The notes under the pieces were generated by a model, which was not told the origin of the DNA, ran no database searches, and saw nothing but the letters and a program-made list of their open reading frames with translations. A stretch of DNA of 64,000 nt from positions 14,448,001 to 14,512,000 of the forward strand of contig NC_058369.1 in NCBI RefSeq assembly GCF_018350175.1. Direction: 5' to 3'. The position numbers were made by a program, and so were the translations under genes. Source of the stretch: Felis catus (Eukaryota). Below are positions 35,379 to 47,392 of this stretch, one piece after another; the first letter of the stretch is position 1; the number at the start of each line of letters is the position of its first letter.

Positions 35379-37984
35379 TCCACCAGAAACTTTAAAGAAG
35401 TCTCCCAATTAAAAACAAAAAAATACAGTACCTTAAACATTCAGTAGGTGATGCTACTCCTTTTCAGTTTCATGCTACTGTGGTGCCTTTGACCAATTTT
35501 CTGCCATGAAAGAGGACAGGAATATGGAATTTGGCCCAAATTTCTTTTCTTCAGTCTCTCTTTTGTGCAGGAATAGGCTCAGATGGTATTTAGTAGAAGT
35601 TTATCTAACAGTACATTAGAAAGATAATTAGAATATTTTTGCAGTGGTTAGGGCAGAAGGAAGCCTGGCTGTTATTAGTAAGGATCTGATCTTTGAAGGA
35701 TATTAAATTTAAAATGAATTTGTAAGAAAATTCTGTTTAAACAATAGAAGTTTTTTTTATTTTAGAACAGAAGTGTTTTTAAAAGTATTATATTAACTGG
35801 TATCTGTCAGTATTAATTGACTGCCTTGTTTTTATGGCCAAGGGGAAACTGAGAAAAACATGGTTCTAGCCCTATATGTCTTTTAATTAGTTTCTTCAGC
35901 TTTAGAATGGAATCTAAAGGCGATTGCATCATATTTCATAATCACCCAGCTGAACTATTTGCCGTTTAGTCCAGCACTAGGCATTGAGGTAGCAAGGTCT
36001 TTAGTCTGAACAGCCTGAGCTGCCTGCCTGAGCTTCGAGGACTCTAAACAGGTCTGGATTTACTGTCGCTTTTTCCATCTACACACCTGGCCCCTCTCTT
36101 TCTATCACAAAAATAAACGCTTTAACTACTTCACCCTACCCCCACCCCTGCTTTCCCAGCTGGAGATGTTGGCACTGCCCTCTGGAGCAGCCCACCTGTC
36201 ACCAGTGCACACCTCAGCCCACAGGGGTGTGTCATTAATATGTCGCAGCTGATGCCTCTCTCTTTAAAATAGGGTGGTTGTCACCTTGGTGACTCACACA
36301 GGGCTTGCCAGCTCAGACACTGGAATCTCTACATCTATCTCAAGTCTTGGGTCTCCCACCTGACCACACTTTGCTGTGTCTGTAGTTAATTAAGTTGGCA
36401 TTAATCAAGACCCAGGTGAGGAGCTGTGAGGTAATATTTTGCTTGTATTGCTTTAATATACATCATCTGATTAATGGTCCTACAGTAAAGCAGTTCTCAA
36501 AATACACAGCTGCTGAATTACAGTGAAAATTTGGATATTTGCTTTTAACCTATTCTTGCACTGGGATCAGGGAGTTTCTGCATTCCTATACCAAGTCACC
36601 TGTTTGAGAATAAGACTATTTTTGAATTTGAACAATTGAAATTCTTTGTAGCAAAACAAATTGCTGACAAAATTGGGTCAGGGAAGGCGTTTGGGGTCAA
36701 CAGTTTGTATTTTGTATCATTTTTAGCTTGAGGAATGCTTGCTTTTGGCCCAGGGGAGGTTGTGCCAGATGTTGCATTAAGCAGTTGGAAGATTTGGGGA
36801 GTGGGGTGGGGGTGGAATCAAGGACAAAAAGTTGCCAGTTATGCGTGAAACTCAACACAATTAAAATGAGCTTTTTTTTGAACTTCTTATTGTGGGTAGC
36901 ATATAGCAGAAAAACAATTTGTAAAACTTGTTCTACATTGTTTTTCAGGTTTGGAGGCAAGACCAATGGTGGGTTGAAATTACACTGAATCTCTTAAAAA
37001 ATGAAATAGAATAGTTAATATCAGAATACACTGCAAGTAGTGAAAGTATACTTGGTAAAACTTGTTTCAGTAGTATGAATATGTATTAAGGTGTGTTATA
37101 AAACAAATTAAAAGCCACTATTCAGGAGTCTAGGTGTCTTATCACGAATTGTTTTAACTCTGGAAAAAGAACATGAAAAGGGCCTTTTCTGTTGATTCTT
37201 CAAAACAGTCTTAATATTGGGAGCCTTCTTGTAATATTAGATATTTTGTGTTTCTATTGAAATTGTGTTTCCCTATATATAGTTTAATATATCCAAAGCC
37301 CATCATTCTCTCTCAGGTTAAACTGTGTTTCCCGTGTTTCCTCTATGTCACAGAGAAAGGAAGGGTGCAGATTTGCTGTCTTGGTGTGTGTGTTGGGGGG
37401 GGGGGTTCACCTTCTCCCAGAGGCACGGGGTAGGGGTGGTGCCGATTGGGAGGTAACTGGAGAGGGAGAGCCGGCATCCTCAAGTGTCTTGAAGTGGGTG
37501 GGTCTGGAGCTTACTTAGAACTCTCTTCACTTCACAGAAGTGATGGTTTAGCTGACGACCCCCGCGGGGGTGGCACTCTAACCTCCGTTTTCGGAAGCAG
37601 CTGAGTTGCTCCAGGTCTTGTAGCTCAGCCTGAGCGAGGTCAGCAGTGAGCGCGTTGTGAGTCAGCCCTGGGCGCGGTCCGCCCGGCTCTGCTGCCGGTG
37701 AGCTGGCGACGACCCCTCGGCCCTGCGGAAGGCGCTGGGACTCGGCGGGGGGGGGGGGGGGGGGGGGAGCCCGCGTGGGAAACCAACTGGCAAAGTAGGG
37801 AGGCGCGTGGAGCGCGGTCGGCAGAGGCTGTGTTTCCGGGGCGGTGCCGGCCTGCTTTGCCCCGCCCTCCCCTCATCATTGCCCCGCCCCTACAATAAGG
37901 CCACGCCCACCGACCATCTGTCCCCGCCCAGCCAGGCGCGGGCGGGCGGCGTCGCCTTTAAGAGCTCCCCGGTGTTTTGGGGGC

Positions 37985-38263
37985 CGCGGGCCGGGCGCGC
38001 TGACCTGGTGCGCATGTCCCGGGCGGTGACGCCGGCGCCGGGCTCCATGTGTGCGGCCGAGGGGCGCATTATCTGGCCGGCGGCGCGGGCGGGCGGGCGG
38101 ACCGGCGGAGCGAGCGCCGCGGGCCCGGGCGGCCCCACAGGCGGAGCAAGCGCGCGCGGCCCGGCGCCCCCGGCCCCTCGGCCGCCCGGACCCGCAGGCG
38201 ACCCCGGCCCCACGGCGCCGCGAACCTGCGCGCTGCCCTAGGGCCCGGCCGGCCCGCGGCCCG
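37985..38263 (+). other. GATAD2A: Putative alternative non-coding first exon 1b of GATAD2A (start approximate)
   Basis: Strong donor CCG|GTAAGT at 38264 inside the CpG island, downstream of the GC-box cluster and followed by intronic G-runs. The gene assignment is by position. Confidence 0.7.
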
Positions 38264-38301
38264 GTAAGTTCTGGACCAAACTTGGCGGGGAGCAGGGGCC
38301 G

Positions 38302-38337
38302 GGGGCTGGGGTCGGGGCTGGGGTCGGGGCTGGGGTC
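38302..38337 (+). repeat. (GGGGCTGGGGTC)x3 G-run repeat
   Basis: Exact 12-mer x3 starting about 40 nt after the donor. Confidence 0.9.
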
Positions 38338-39714
38338 GTGAGGTGGAGCCCGAAGCGGCGGAGGCGGCGAGGGTCGGGCAGGGTAGGGGGTCACTGGGCT
38401 CTGAGGGACCCCGCGTGAGCATAGAAAAGTGAGCGCGAGCGAGTGAGTTGTATCTACTCCTTGTATTCTGGGAGCGTCTTCCTAGCGCTACCCTGGAAAG
38501 TTCCGCGCTCCGACGCCGCCCAGGCACGTGGGGGCCGGGCCGGGTGGGGGTCCCGGAAAGTCTCGGCGTCGCCCCCCTTCCTTCTGCGCTTCCTCCGGGG
38601 CTGGAGGAGGGGCTGGGCCTCCAGGGGTCGCTTGCGAGCGGCTGGGACGGGCGGGGGAGGGGGCGGCGGGCGGACGGCACGTGGACGCGCGGGGCGGGGG
38701 GTCCCAGGCCGGGGGGCGGGGGTCCCGGGCGGGCCTGGCCGCTGCTCTGAACCCCGCGGCGGCGGCGACGGCGGCGGCGGAGGATCCCGTGTCAGAATAA
38801 GAGTCCCCGCGCGCCCACGCCTGCAGGGCCGTCCCTCTACCCGCTCGCGCCCTTACTGCCTGACCCCAGGGTTCGGGGGACCCTTGCTCCGCATCTGGGC
38901 TCGAGCCCGTCACAGGGACCTACACTTTAAATTTGCCTCCCTATTTAGGCGGTGGCTGTATTGATTTCTTTTTTTTCCCACCTGGAATGGGTCGGCATCG
39001 GTGACTAGACAGCAGCAGCTGGCCTTTTAAAGGGATTATTGCCAAGAATCGGAATTGATCACTTCAACAAGGAGAGGCTTATGGGCAGGGCCCCAGCCCG
39101 GAACGTGATTGACACTGGTGTGTGTGCACACTTTGGGACCCAGAAATGAATGGGGATCCCTCCCTTAGGAACTGAATATCAACCTTGGGTGCGCGTTTCT
39201 GCCCTGCCTTGGGAACTTTGCAGGGGCTGTTTAATTTTGTGTATCTGACCCAGCGTCTTTAGCTGTGTAGTTCATCCTTATCTTGAGAGCTTTGGATTCT
39301 TTAGATCAAAGTCCGGGTGAGTCACTTGGGCCTTTAATTTTTTCTCTCTTCCTCACCCTTTTACTTCTTTCAGTTTTCTTGAGTACACAGTGCTTGTTAA
39401 GTCACTGGTTCTGTGTGTCCATTTCGTACAGTGACACCTTCTGGCTGTGGCAGCACAGAAACTGAGGGATAGACAGCCTTCTGTGTAATTGCTTCAGACT
39501 TGTACTGACTGTCCTTTGATCTTTTTCTTTCTGGTAGTTGTTACAAGTTTTCTTTTAAGTTAGATTAGGTGAAATAATGTTTGCTGGCACCAGATAAGGA
39601 TGCTAAGATTAGTAGCATGTTACACCTGACAGCAAGCTGTGGAGGAGGGCTGATAGACCATACCAATCCCCAGATTTGAGCGCCTGTTGTGCACAGACAT
39701 CTTCCATGCCCATA

Positions 39715-39890
39715 ACACTCCAGTGGGGTGGAGGATATAATCCCTACATCATGGGTGAGGGAACTGAAGCTCTTGGAGGCCAGGCTGCTTGTCCGAGGCT
39801 GCTGAGTGGTGGAGGGGCAGAGCTGGGCTTGACTGAGCCTGATGTTTTGGGCACCAGAGTCCAGGAATGCTCCTGTTTGCAATCCACTGT
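39715..39890 (-). mobile_element. MIR
   Basis: tataatccctacatcatgggtgagggaactgaagctc...tgtccgaggctgc...gcagagctggg resembles an antisense MIR. Confidence 0.6.
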
Positions 39891-40589
39891 GTGAACATTT
39901 CCTGGGCACTCCTAAAACAAGAAGCCATTTACTTGTCCAGGCTCCAGTCCACTTCTGCTGGGAGTTGGGGGATGACCTGTGACTTGGGAACACCATTGTA
40001 GCCCTGCATTGTCCTCAGAGCAGAGTTACCAGCTGGCCTTGAAGGAGCCAGGCCATAGAGTTGCCCCTTTGCATTTGCTTCTTCAGCTTCCAACTCAGAA
40101 AAGTTGGTCCTTTTCTAGAAAAAATAGTTTACGACGGAGGTTTTGAGAGCATTTTGCAAGATTCTTTCCTCATGTAGTCCCCCATTCTTGATTTTTCATC
40201 CCTTATTCCTCCCCACAAATTCTGAAGCTGATTTTTACAGAGGATTGCCTCTCATCTGGGATGTGATGTAGAAATTGGGATAGGTCCTGTATTACCGATT
40301 TGGATGCATTGTTATTTCTATTCAGATGACATCACTTTTTTTTTTTTTTTTTAATGTCAAGTCATCTCTATTAATGCAGTATCATTTGGCAGATCCTCTA
40401 ATTGTATATTTTGGTAGTGAGGAAAGAAATAATGCTACTTTTGGTAGAAAAAATCCTGGAAGGATTTGTATCAGAATGTCAACAACAAAATCTCTGGATT
40501 AGGGTTAGGAGTGGGTTTTTCCTCCTTAACCTTTTTGGTATCTCTGTACTTTGTGATTATTTTAAAAATTAGAAGCATTAAATATTTTT

Positions 40590-40692
40590 AAAATCATTAT
40601 TCTTAAGTAATCTCTATGCCCAACATGGGGCTCAAACTCGTGACCCTGAGATCGAGAGTTGTGTGCTCAACTGATTGAACCAGCCAGGCACT
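40590..40692 (-). mobile_element. Short tRNA-derived carnivore SINE
   Basis: aagtaatctctatgcccaacatggggctcaaactc...gagatcgagagtt...cagccaggcac. Confidence 0.8.
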
Positions 40693-40821
40693 CCAAGAAA
40701 TATTTTTTTATTTGAGTAATAAAACACATTTTAAAGGCTCCAATTTTCAATTCTCTAGTAGCTCTCACTTGTTTTGCATCATTTATTTTGTGAATTTCTG
40801 GCATGGCAAGGAATGATTTCT

Positions 40822-41290
40822 GGATTGATTTATTCAATAAATATCGGAGTGCACACTGTGCCTCGGGCACTGTGCTAGGAATCCCTGCTCAGTGGAGTTT
40901 ACCATGAGATTAGTGAGAGAGAAATCATAATTAATCTCATAAACGTGGGGAAATTTATAAGGGCCAAGGAGAAAAGGATACCATGACCTGGTGAACAAGA
41001 CTCAAGGGGGCCTTTCTCCAACTGGGATTGGAGGATGAGTGGGAGCTAAGTAGGTAAAGAGAAAAAGAATGGCATTTCTTGTAGAGTGAGACTGAAGGAA
41101 GATTGGGGTGGTTGGAACAGAGAGATATGGAGACATAAGAGGGTCTGGGATTTACCTTGAGAGCAGTGGGACCCCTTTCAGAGAGGACAAGGCAGGGACT
41201 GGTGTGATGAGGTTCACAGCTAGGACTTCCTTGGGCCTTAGACAGCAGACCACTGAAGGATGCTTCTGATGGGTGGGAAAGCAGCAAAGC
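40822..41290 (-). mobile_element. LINE-2 remnant
   Basis: tgatttattcaataaatatcggagtgcacactgtgcctcgggcactgtgctagg is the antisense L2 3' end, followed by degenerate purine-rich L2-like body. Confidence 0.6.
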
Positions 41291-41369
41291 CATTCTGAAA
41301 TGCTAGCATTTTCTTTCTTTCTTTTTTTTTTTTAAAGAGCTATTTATTTTATTTATTTTTACGTGGTTA

Positions 41370-41546
41370 GGGGCACCTGAGTGGCTCAGTTGGTTAAGTG
41401 TCTGACTTTGCCTTGGGTCATGATCTCGCAGTTCATGGGTTTGAGCCCTGCATTGGGCTCTGTGCTGACAGCTCAGAGCCTGCAGCCTGCTTCAGTTTTT
41501 GTGTCTCCCTTCTCTCTTTGCCTCTCTCCCACTCATGCCTGTGTTT

Positions 41547-41597
<51 letters not shown>

Positions 41598-41924
41598 AAT
41601 AAGTAAACATTAAAAAAATCTTAAATGTTTATTTTGAGAGAGAGTGTGTGTGAGAGCTCAAGCACATGAAGAGGGGAGGGGCAGAGAGAGAGAATCCCAA
41701 GCAGGTTCCTCCCTGTTATCACAGAGCTGGATGCAGGGTTTGGTCTCACAACCATGATGTGAGATCATGACCTGAGCTAAAATCAAGAGTTAGATGCTTA
41801 ACTGACTGAGCCACCCAGACACCCCTATTTTACTTAAGTAACCTCTACCCATAACATGGGGCTCGAACTCAGAACCCTGAGGCCAAGAGTAACATGTTCT
41901 ATCAATTGAGCAGCTAGGCCCCCC
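41370..41924. mobile_element. SINE cluster: plus CanSINE 41370-41619 with (CT)n, minus CanSINE 41621-41826, short minus SINE to 41924
   Basis: Abutting tail-to-tail bodies; (CT)n at 41548-41594. Confidence 0.9.
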
Positions 41925-43237
41925 AGATATTGGCATTTTCTGATGTTTGTTCTCATGGGGGAAAATTAAGAATAACCCTCGGAGCCTTGGACATGTCAAT
42001 TCTCAACAGAAACCAAAATGTAACGGAGTTCAATTACGGACTGTTGGTGTGCTAACCTCTAAAAGCATGGGCAGTTCAAATGCTTGTCTGGAGAACTACT
42101 TGCTTGGACTTGTGATGATATATGTGTGCCATTACATGGAATGAACGAGGCTATTTTCCCTAGACTTTTTTCCCCCTGATAATTGAGTTAATTTATGCTC
42201 ATTGTAGAAAACTGGAAAGATTATGAAACAGGTGATTAGGTGAGGTCTTTATGAGTAGTCGTCTTGGGGTAATAGAGCATCTCTGGGATTTCCTTGTAAC
42301 AGTTGTTGGGTTGGAAGTGTGGCAAAACCAGAGGAACAAGTTGGCAATGTCATAGTTTGAGGCTCACAGAACTGTGCTGCCTGCTTAGTGTGGTTGGTTG
42401 TTAGAATGGATGCTCTTGAGTTTTGTGAGCTGTTTTAAGAAGATGAGTTAGTCTGGCTTCAGGTTGCTATTCCAGTGATGTACTAGTATCTTTGCATTGA
42501 ATTAGGAAGGCCACGTGTTAAGAAGGTTGAGATAAGAGACAGGGGACCAGAAGTGGTGGCAGCAAAGTAGAAGTAGTGAGTCTGTGTTCTTAGAAACAAA
42601 AGTACCAGCTGGGGACAGATACTGCATACTTGTAGGTGCTGGTAAACGTTGATCCAGGACTTTTTAGTCAAGAGGAATGTCATACCATGGGCTTATTGCC
42701 CCTCCTCTCGTTTTCTAGGCTGTATTTGTGACCTCTTTTTGTCTGATGAAAATGTAGGTTATTCTTTTAGAAGACAAAGGAACTTACTCTAATTGAATAC
42801 CTGCAGGTAGCCTTAGGAAGTGACTGGGAATCCTCTGGAACCCTCTAGGGTGTCAGGGAAAAGGGCCTGTGGAGCTTCTCAGTGCCCTGCACCCACTTTG
42901 TCTTGATCTTCAGAAAGGTAACTCTATTTCCCAGGCAAGTTTGTCAGGGGTCTTTCTGCCTTGTTTCTTGGTTCCTCATATGAAAGGACTGAAGACAGTA
43001 TCTGTCTGAGAATCAGAGAGACCTTCAACATCTGAGATAGAATGTGCTGACAGGATATGGACAGTACCTGAAAGTGGGCTTTCAGGTGTTTTGGGGTAGG
43101 TTTGAGATGGTAGGCCTTTGAGGCTGCTTGGCCTTAAAAGCTGCAGCTGGGGGTGGGGGGCAGTGGCAGTGGTTAGGGAGAGGGTAGAGGCAGTGAGAAA
43201 GTCTCTACTTGTTGAAGGTTGAAGAATATATATATAG

Positions 43238-43310
43238 GGGTTTTTTTTGGTGCAAAAGGGTGATTTTATTAAAGCACAGGGACAGGACCTGTGGGCAGGA
43301 AGAGCTGCTG
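43238..43310. mobile_element. Possible carnivore LTR (CarLTR-like) fragment
   Basis: ggtgcaaaagggtgattttattaaagcacagggacaggacctgtgggcaggaagagctgc resembles a recalled carnivore solo-LTR segment; short. Confidence 0.45.
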
Positions 43311-43312
43311 AA

Positions 43313-43314
<2 letters not shown>

Positions 43315-43353
<39 letters not shown>

Positions 43354-43530
43354 GTGTATTTTTGAGAGAGCAGGGGAGGGGCAGGGAGAGAGGGAGACAC
43401 AGAATCTGAAGCAGGCTCCAGACTCTGAGCTGTTAGCACAGGGTCCAACGTGGGGCTTGAACTCATGAACTGTGAGATCATGACCTGAGCCAAAGTCAGA
43501 CATTTAACTGACTGAGCCACCCAGGCGCCC
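43315..43530 (-). mobile_element. CanSINE with long pure poly(A) tail (T36 on the + strand)
   Basis: Uninterrupted T run at 43315-43350, then an antisense body. Confidence 0.93.
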
Positions 43531-43784
43531 CTGCCTTTGAGCACACTTTAAAAAATACTGCCATACTATAGTGGCCAACCAGCTCCTCATTCAGGGCTGC
43601 TTGCTGTTTGCTGGGTGAGAAGTGAGCCTTCTTAGTGTGCCTGTTCTTAGGCAGCAGGTCCCTGCAGTAGTGTCATGGACCAGCCCTGGCTTTGCCTCAA
43701 ACAGGTTGGGTGTAAGCTTCACTTGCCACTTCCTAGTGATGTCACTTTGCTGAACCTTGCCCTCTGTTTCCTCTTCCTTCCTTT

Positions 43785-43785
43785 T

Positions 43786-43840
<55 letters not shown>

Positions 43841-44050
43841 AGTTTTTATTTATTTGCTTATTTTGAGAGATACAGAGCATGAGCGGAGGAGGGTCAGAGA
43901 GCAAGGAGAGGGAGAATCCCAATATCAGGCTCTTCAAGGTCAGTGTGCAGAGCCAGACATGGGGCTCGAAGTCATGAAACTGAGATCATGACCTGAGCCG
44001 AAATGAAGAGTTGGACACTTAACCAACTTAGCGAGCCACCCAGGTGCCCC
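43785..44050 (-). mobile_element. CanSINE with (TTTC)n tail, inserted in a MIR
   Basis: (TTTC)n at about 43785-43840. MIR-like sequence lies on both sides (about 43680-43775 and 44052-44170). Confidence 0.85.
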
Positions 44051-44326
44051 ATTTCCCCTTCTAAAAAGGAGGTCATGTCTACCTTGAACAACTGAGTTGG
44101 GAATGATATTAGAAATGCAAGTGGGTTAGCACAAGGCCTGGTGCATGTACGGTTTAGTGAGTATTGTTAACAATTAGAATGGACAAGGCAGAGCACAGAG
44201 GTGCTGCTTTGCACCTTCACAACTTTCAGGGACAAAGCCTGTCACTGTCTGCTCTGTTCCCCTTGGAGCCATAGCCTATCCCCATATTCCAGATGGAAGA
44301 AGGTGAAGTCCCCTATAGAGGGTGAT

Positions 44327-44536
44327 TTTTTTCTTTATTTTTAAGATTTATTTTTGAGAGACAGAGACCAAGTATGAGTGGGGGAGAAGCAGAGAGAGAG
44401 GGAGACAGAATCTGAAGCAGGTTCCAGGCTCTGAGCTGTCAGCACAGAGCCTCACATGGAACTTGAACTCAGGAAGCATGAGATTGTGACCTAAGCTGAA
44501 GTTGGATGCTTAATCGACTGAGCCACCTAGGGGCCT
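44327..44536 (-). mobile_element. CanSINE
   Basis: Antisense body flanked by GAGGGTGAT repeats. Confidence 0.9.
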
Positions 44537-45856
44537 TGAGGGTGATGCTTTCTAAGGGCCACCTTGCTGATTATTTTACAACCGGGAGTGGGCATCAGCT
44601 TTTCTGATTTCAGATTTTGCTTGTTTTTTCCACTAGCCTCAGCACCTCCCTAGAGATACAGAATAGCTGGGTTGGTGGAGGCCTACTAGGGTAAAGGAGA
44701 TAGCACCTTTCCTGACTTTGCTAAATCCCATGTTCTGATTTTCAGGAACAGTCCCTATATCTGGGAGGTGGGAAGTTGTTTGCCAGGCCTATCTGTCATG
44801 GGGGGCCTTGCCTTTAAGAACCAAGACACGGCTCTTGCACTTCTGGCTTTATCCCTGAGTAGATTCTGGTCAGGGATGGGAAGTGGGTCTCCTTGAAGTA
44901 CATGCAGTGGCAAATTGGAGAGCCCAGACCTGAATCCTAGTCTTCTTCCAAACTTACAGTTCTCAAACTGGCTTGGGAATGGACAGATCTGGTATCATCA
45001 CTGACTACAGTCTACTGCTTTTCAGCTTTGGGCGGGTTGCCTGGCTACCTGGCTGGCCTCAGCTTTTCCATCTATAGACAGGGAACATACCTTTGATCTC
45101 ATAGGATGGCTCTAAGGACAAGTGGGAAACGTTCACAAGTAAGAGGTAGCCCAGTTCCTGCTCCTCCATTCACCTCTGAGACAAAATCCTCCCCCAGATG
45201 ACAACTACATGATGATCTCTATAAGGTCTCACATCTCAAATTATCACAAACAATGAAACACTCAGATTAAGGAGCTGTATTTTGTTTATAACACAATCCC
45301 ACCATAATTTAGTGGTCTTCAGAGCTCATTGTAGGGAGCTAGCTCTCTCTCACCTAAAAAGGTGGCCAAATTATTTGGAAGGGAAGTGGGAAAAGAAAAG
45401 GGAAAAAACAAAAACAAAAAACCCTGTGGCCTTAAACCTGCATGTAATCCCAGCATAACATGTACTCTAATCCTGGTTGTTCTGTGCAATTAGCCTCTGA
45501 GTCAGTGGCTGTTAAACTGTACTCACCTCATTCTTACTTTAGAGACAGTAGCTCAACATGACCTTGGAGGTGAGTAGGTTTCAGGCCAGTATTCTCTTCA
45601 CTTGAGTTTGTAGCTGGTGGATTTTTGTGGCATTGATAAGAGAGTTTTCTTGTGTGTTTTGGACAAGCTTACTCAGCAAGTTCTGAAAACTTTGCCACTA
45701 CAACCTTATTTGCATCCACAGAGGAAACCTATTTTTTCCAGTTGCTCAGTGGTTTGGGGAAAGTAGGAGTGTAGCAAACTGAAATCTTGGTTCAAAGGCA
45801 TTAATTGAATTGGTCAAGTTACTCCGGACCTGTGATATTCTCAGGATTTATGTATC

Positions 45857-46070
45857 CTTTTTTTTTTTTTTTTTTTAATTCATTTATTTTGAGAGAGAGC
45901 AAGAGCAGGGAGGAGCAGAGAAGGGGCGGGGGAGAGAGAGAATCCCCAAGCAGGCTCCACAATGTCGGTACAGAGCCCTACTCGGGGCTCCAATTTATGA
46001 ACTGTGAGATCATGACCGGCGCTGAAATCAGGAGTCGGAGGCTTATCCGACTGAGCTACTCGCGTGCCCC
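45857..46070 (-). mobile_element. CanSINE
   Basis: Antisense body; degenerate TSD AGGA(T/C)TT(A/C)TGTATC. Confidence 0.9.
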
Positions 46071-46804
46071 AGGACTTCTGTATCGTTGACAGAATGCCTG
46101 AACTTCATTTTTTGTTGTCTCATGTGTTATTTCTGTGCATGTAAAGGGTTCATACCTACCCCTTCAATGGCAGTGGTTTTTTTCAGAGGATTCTGAATCT
46201 GTGCCCTCCTTGGGATTCTCTAATATGCATTGGAACCCTGGGAGATTTCCAGGGTTTGATTAGTGTTTTCCTTAACATTTTTGTTTGATTAATTGACCTT
46301 CTCAGTAGTTTGTATGTGGGTTATCTGTCTCTTGCTTCCCCTTCCCAAACTTTAGTTTCTATTGTTGAGGCTTTTGTCTCTGCTGAGGTCTGAGGAGGTG
46401 GGAACCTCAGCTGTCAGTAGTGTAGGAGTTATGTCTGGTCTGCTTTTGAAGTTTTCTTAGGGAAAGATTTTACATAGTAAGTCTGGATGGAAATGTAATT
46501 GCAGCTTTATAGTCAATTTATATTTGTCAGGCAGAGCATTAGAAATGTAACTATGTTTGGTCCTTGGGCCCCAGACAAGTTTAGGATTCACCTGGGACTG
46601 TGTTGCTTCTGTGTGCCATTTTAGTTTTACTGAACACAGCACAGACTTCAAGATGGGTAGGGCAGCTCTTGATGTTAGAAACTGGAAACTGAGGCCTGAG
46701 GAGAGTGACCTGCCCCGGGTTTAATTTGCAAAAGGGAGGAGAATGTAGCTCTCTGTTCTCTACTGCAGGTTCCTTGATCTGATTTCTGTCATCCTTATTT
46801 CTTT

Positions 46805-47175
46805 TTTCTTTCCTTTTGAAAGATTTTATTATTTATTTATTTATTATTAATTTTTTTTTTAATGTTTATTTAGTTTTGAGAAAGAGAGAGCACACACACG
46901 AACGAGTGGGGAAGGAGCAGAGACAGATGGAGACACAGAATCCGAACAGGCTCCAGGCTCCGAGCTTTCAGCACAGAGCCCAGTGCAGGGCTTGAACTCA
47001 CAAACGGTGAGATCATGACCCAAGTGGAAGGCAGACACTTAACTGACTGAGCCACCCAGGTGCCCCTGAAAGATTTTATTTTTAAGTGATCTCTACACCC
47101 AACATGGGGCTCGAACTTACAACCCTGAAATCAAAAGTTGCACGCTCTACCGACCAAGTCAGCTAAGGCACCCTA
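46805..47175 (-). mobile_element. Long CanSINE (46831-47066) nested in the tail of a short SINE
   Basis: Inner TSD TGAAAGATTTTATT at 46817-46830 and 47067-47080. Outer TSD TGTCATCCTTATTTCTTT at 46787-46804 and 47176-47193. Confidence 0.92.
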
Positions 47176-47279
47176 TGTCATCCTTATTTCTTTATGGTTT
47201 GCTCAGTTTTGTTTTCTCCTTTGTTCCTCCTCCCTAATCAGGAGGTCGTTTGGCAGGTTTCCTTCCTCATGGCCTCATC

Positions 47280-47392
47280 TTTTTTTTTTTTAAGTTTTTA
47301 TTTTAATTATAGTTAATACAATGTTATACTGGTTTTAGGTGTATAATATAGTAATTCAATTCCACACATCACCTGGTGCTCATCAATACAGG
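47280..47392 (-). mobile_element. Carnivore LINE-1 extreme 3'-end fragment
   Basis: T-tract, then tagttaatacaatgttatactggttttaggtgtataatatagtaattca...atcacctggtgctcatca, typical of an antisense L1_Carn-type terminus. Confidence 0.7.

Larger units (their letters stand above)
37640..38900. promoter_or_regulatory. GATAD2A: CpG island 2 / alternative GATAD2A promoter
   Basis: CpG-dense. AP-1 TGAGTCA at 37658-37664, G21 tract at 37747-37767, clustered Sp/KLF boxes at about 37860-37930, and a TATA-like TTTAAGA near 37957. Confidence 0.88.

Noticed and set aside
36160..36415. Possible cassette exon (ctttcccAG acceptor, CAG|GTGAGG donor)
   Set aside because: Splice-like pairs are common by chance in long introns, and there is no coding similarity or transcript evidence available.
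37640..38964. Multiple 100-200-aa ORFs at CpG island 2
   Set aside because: Same GC artefact. Only the ATG-initiated segment 38014-38241 is kept, as a candidate uORF.
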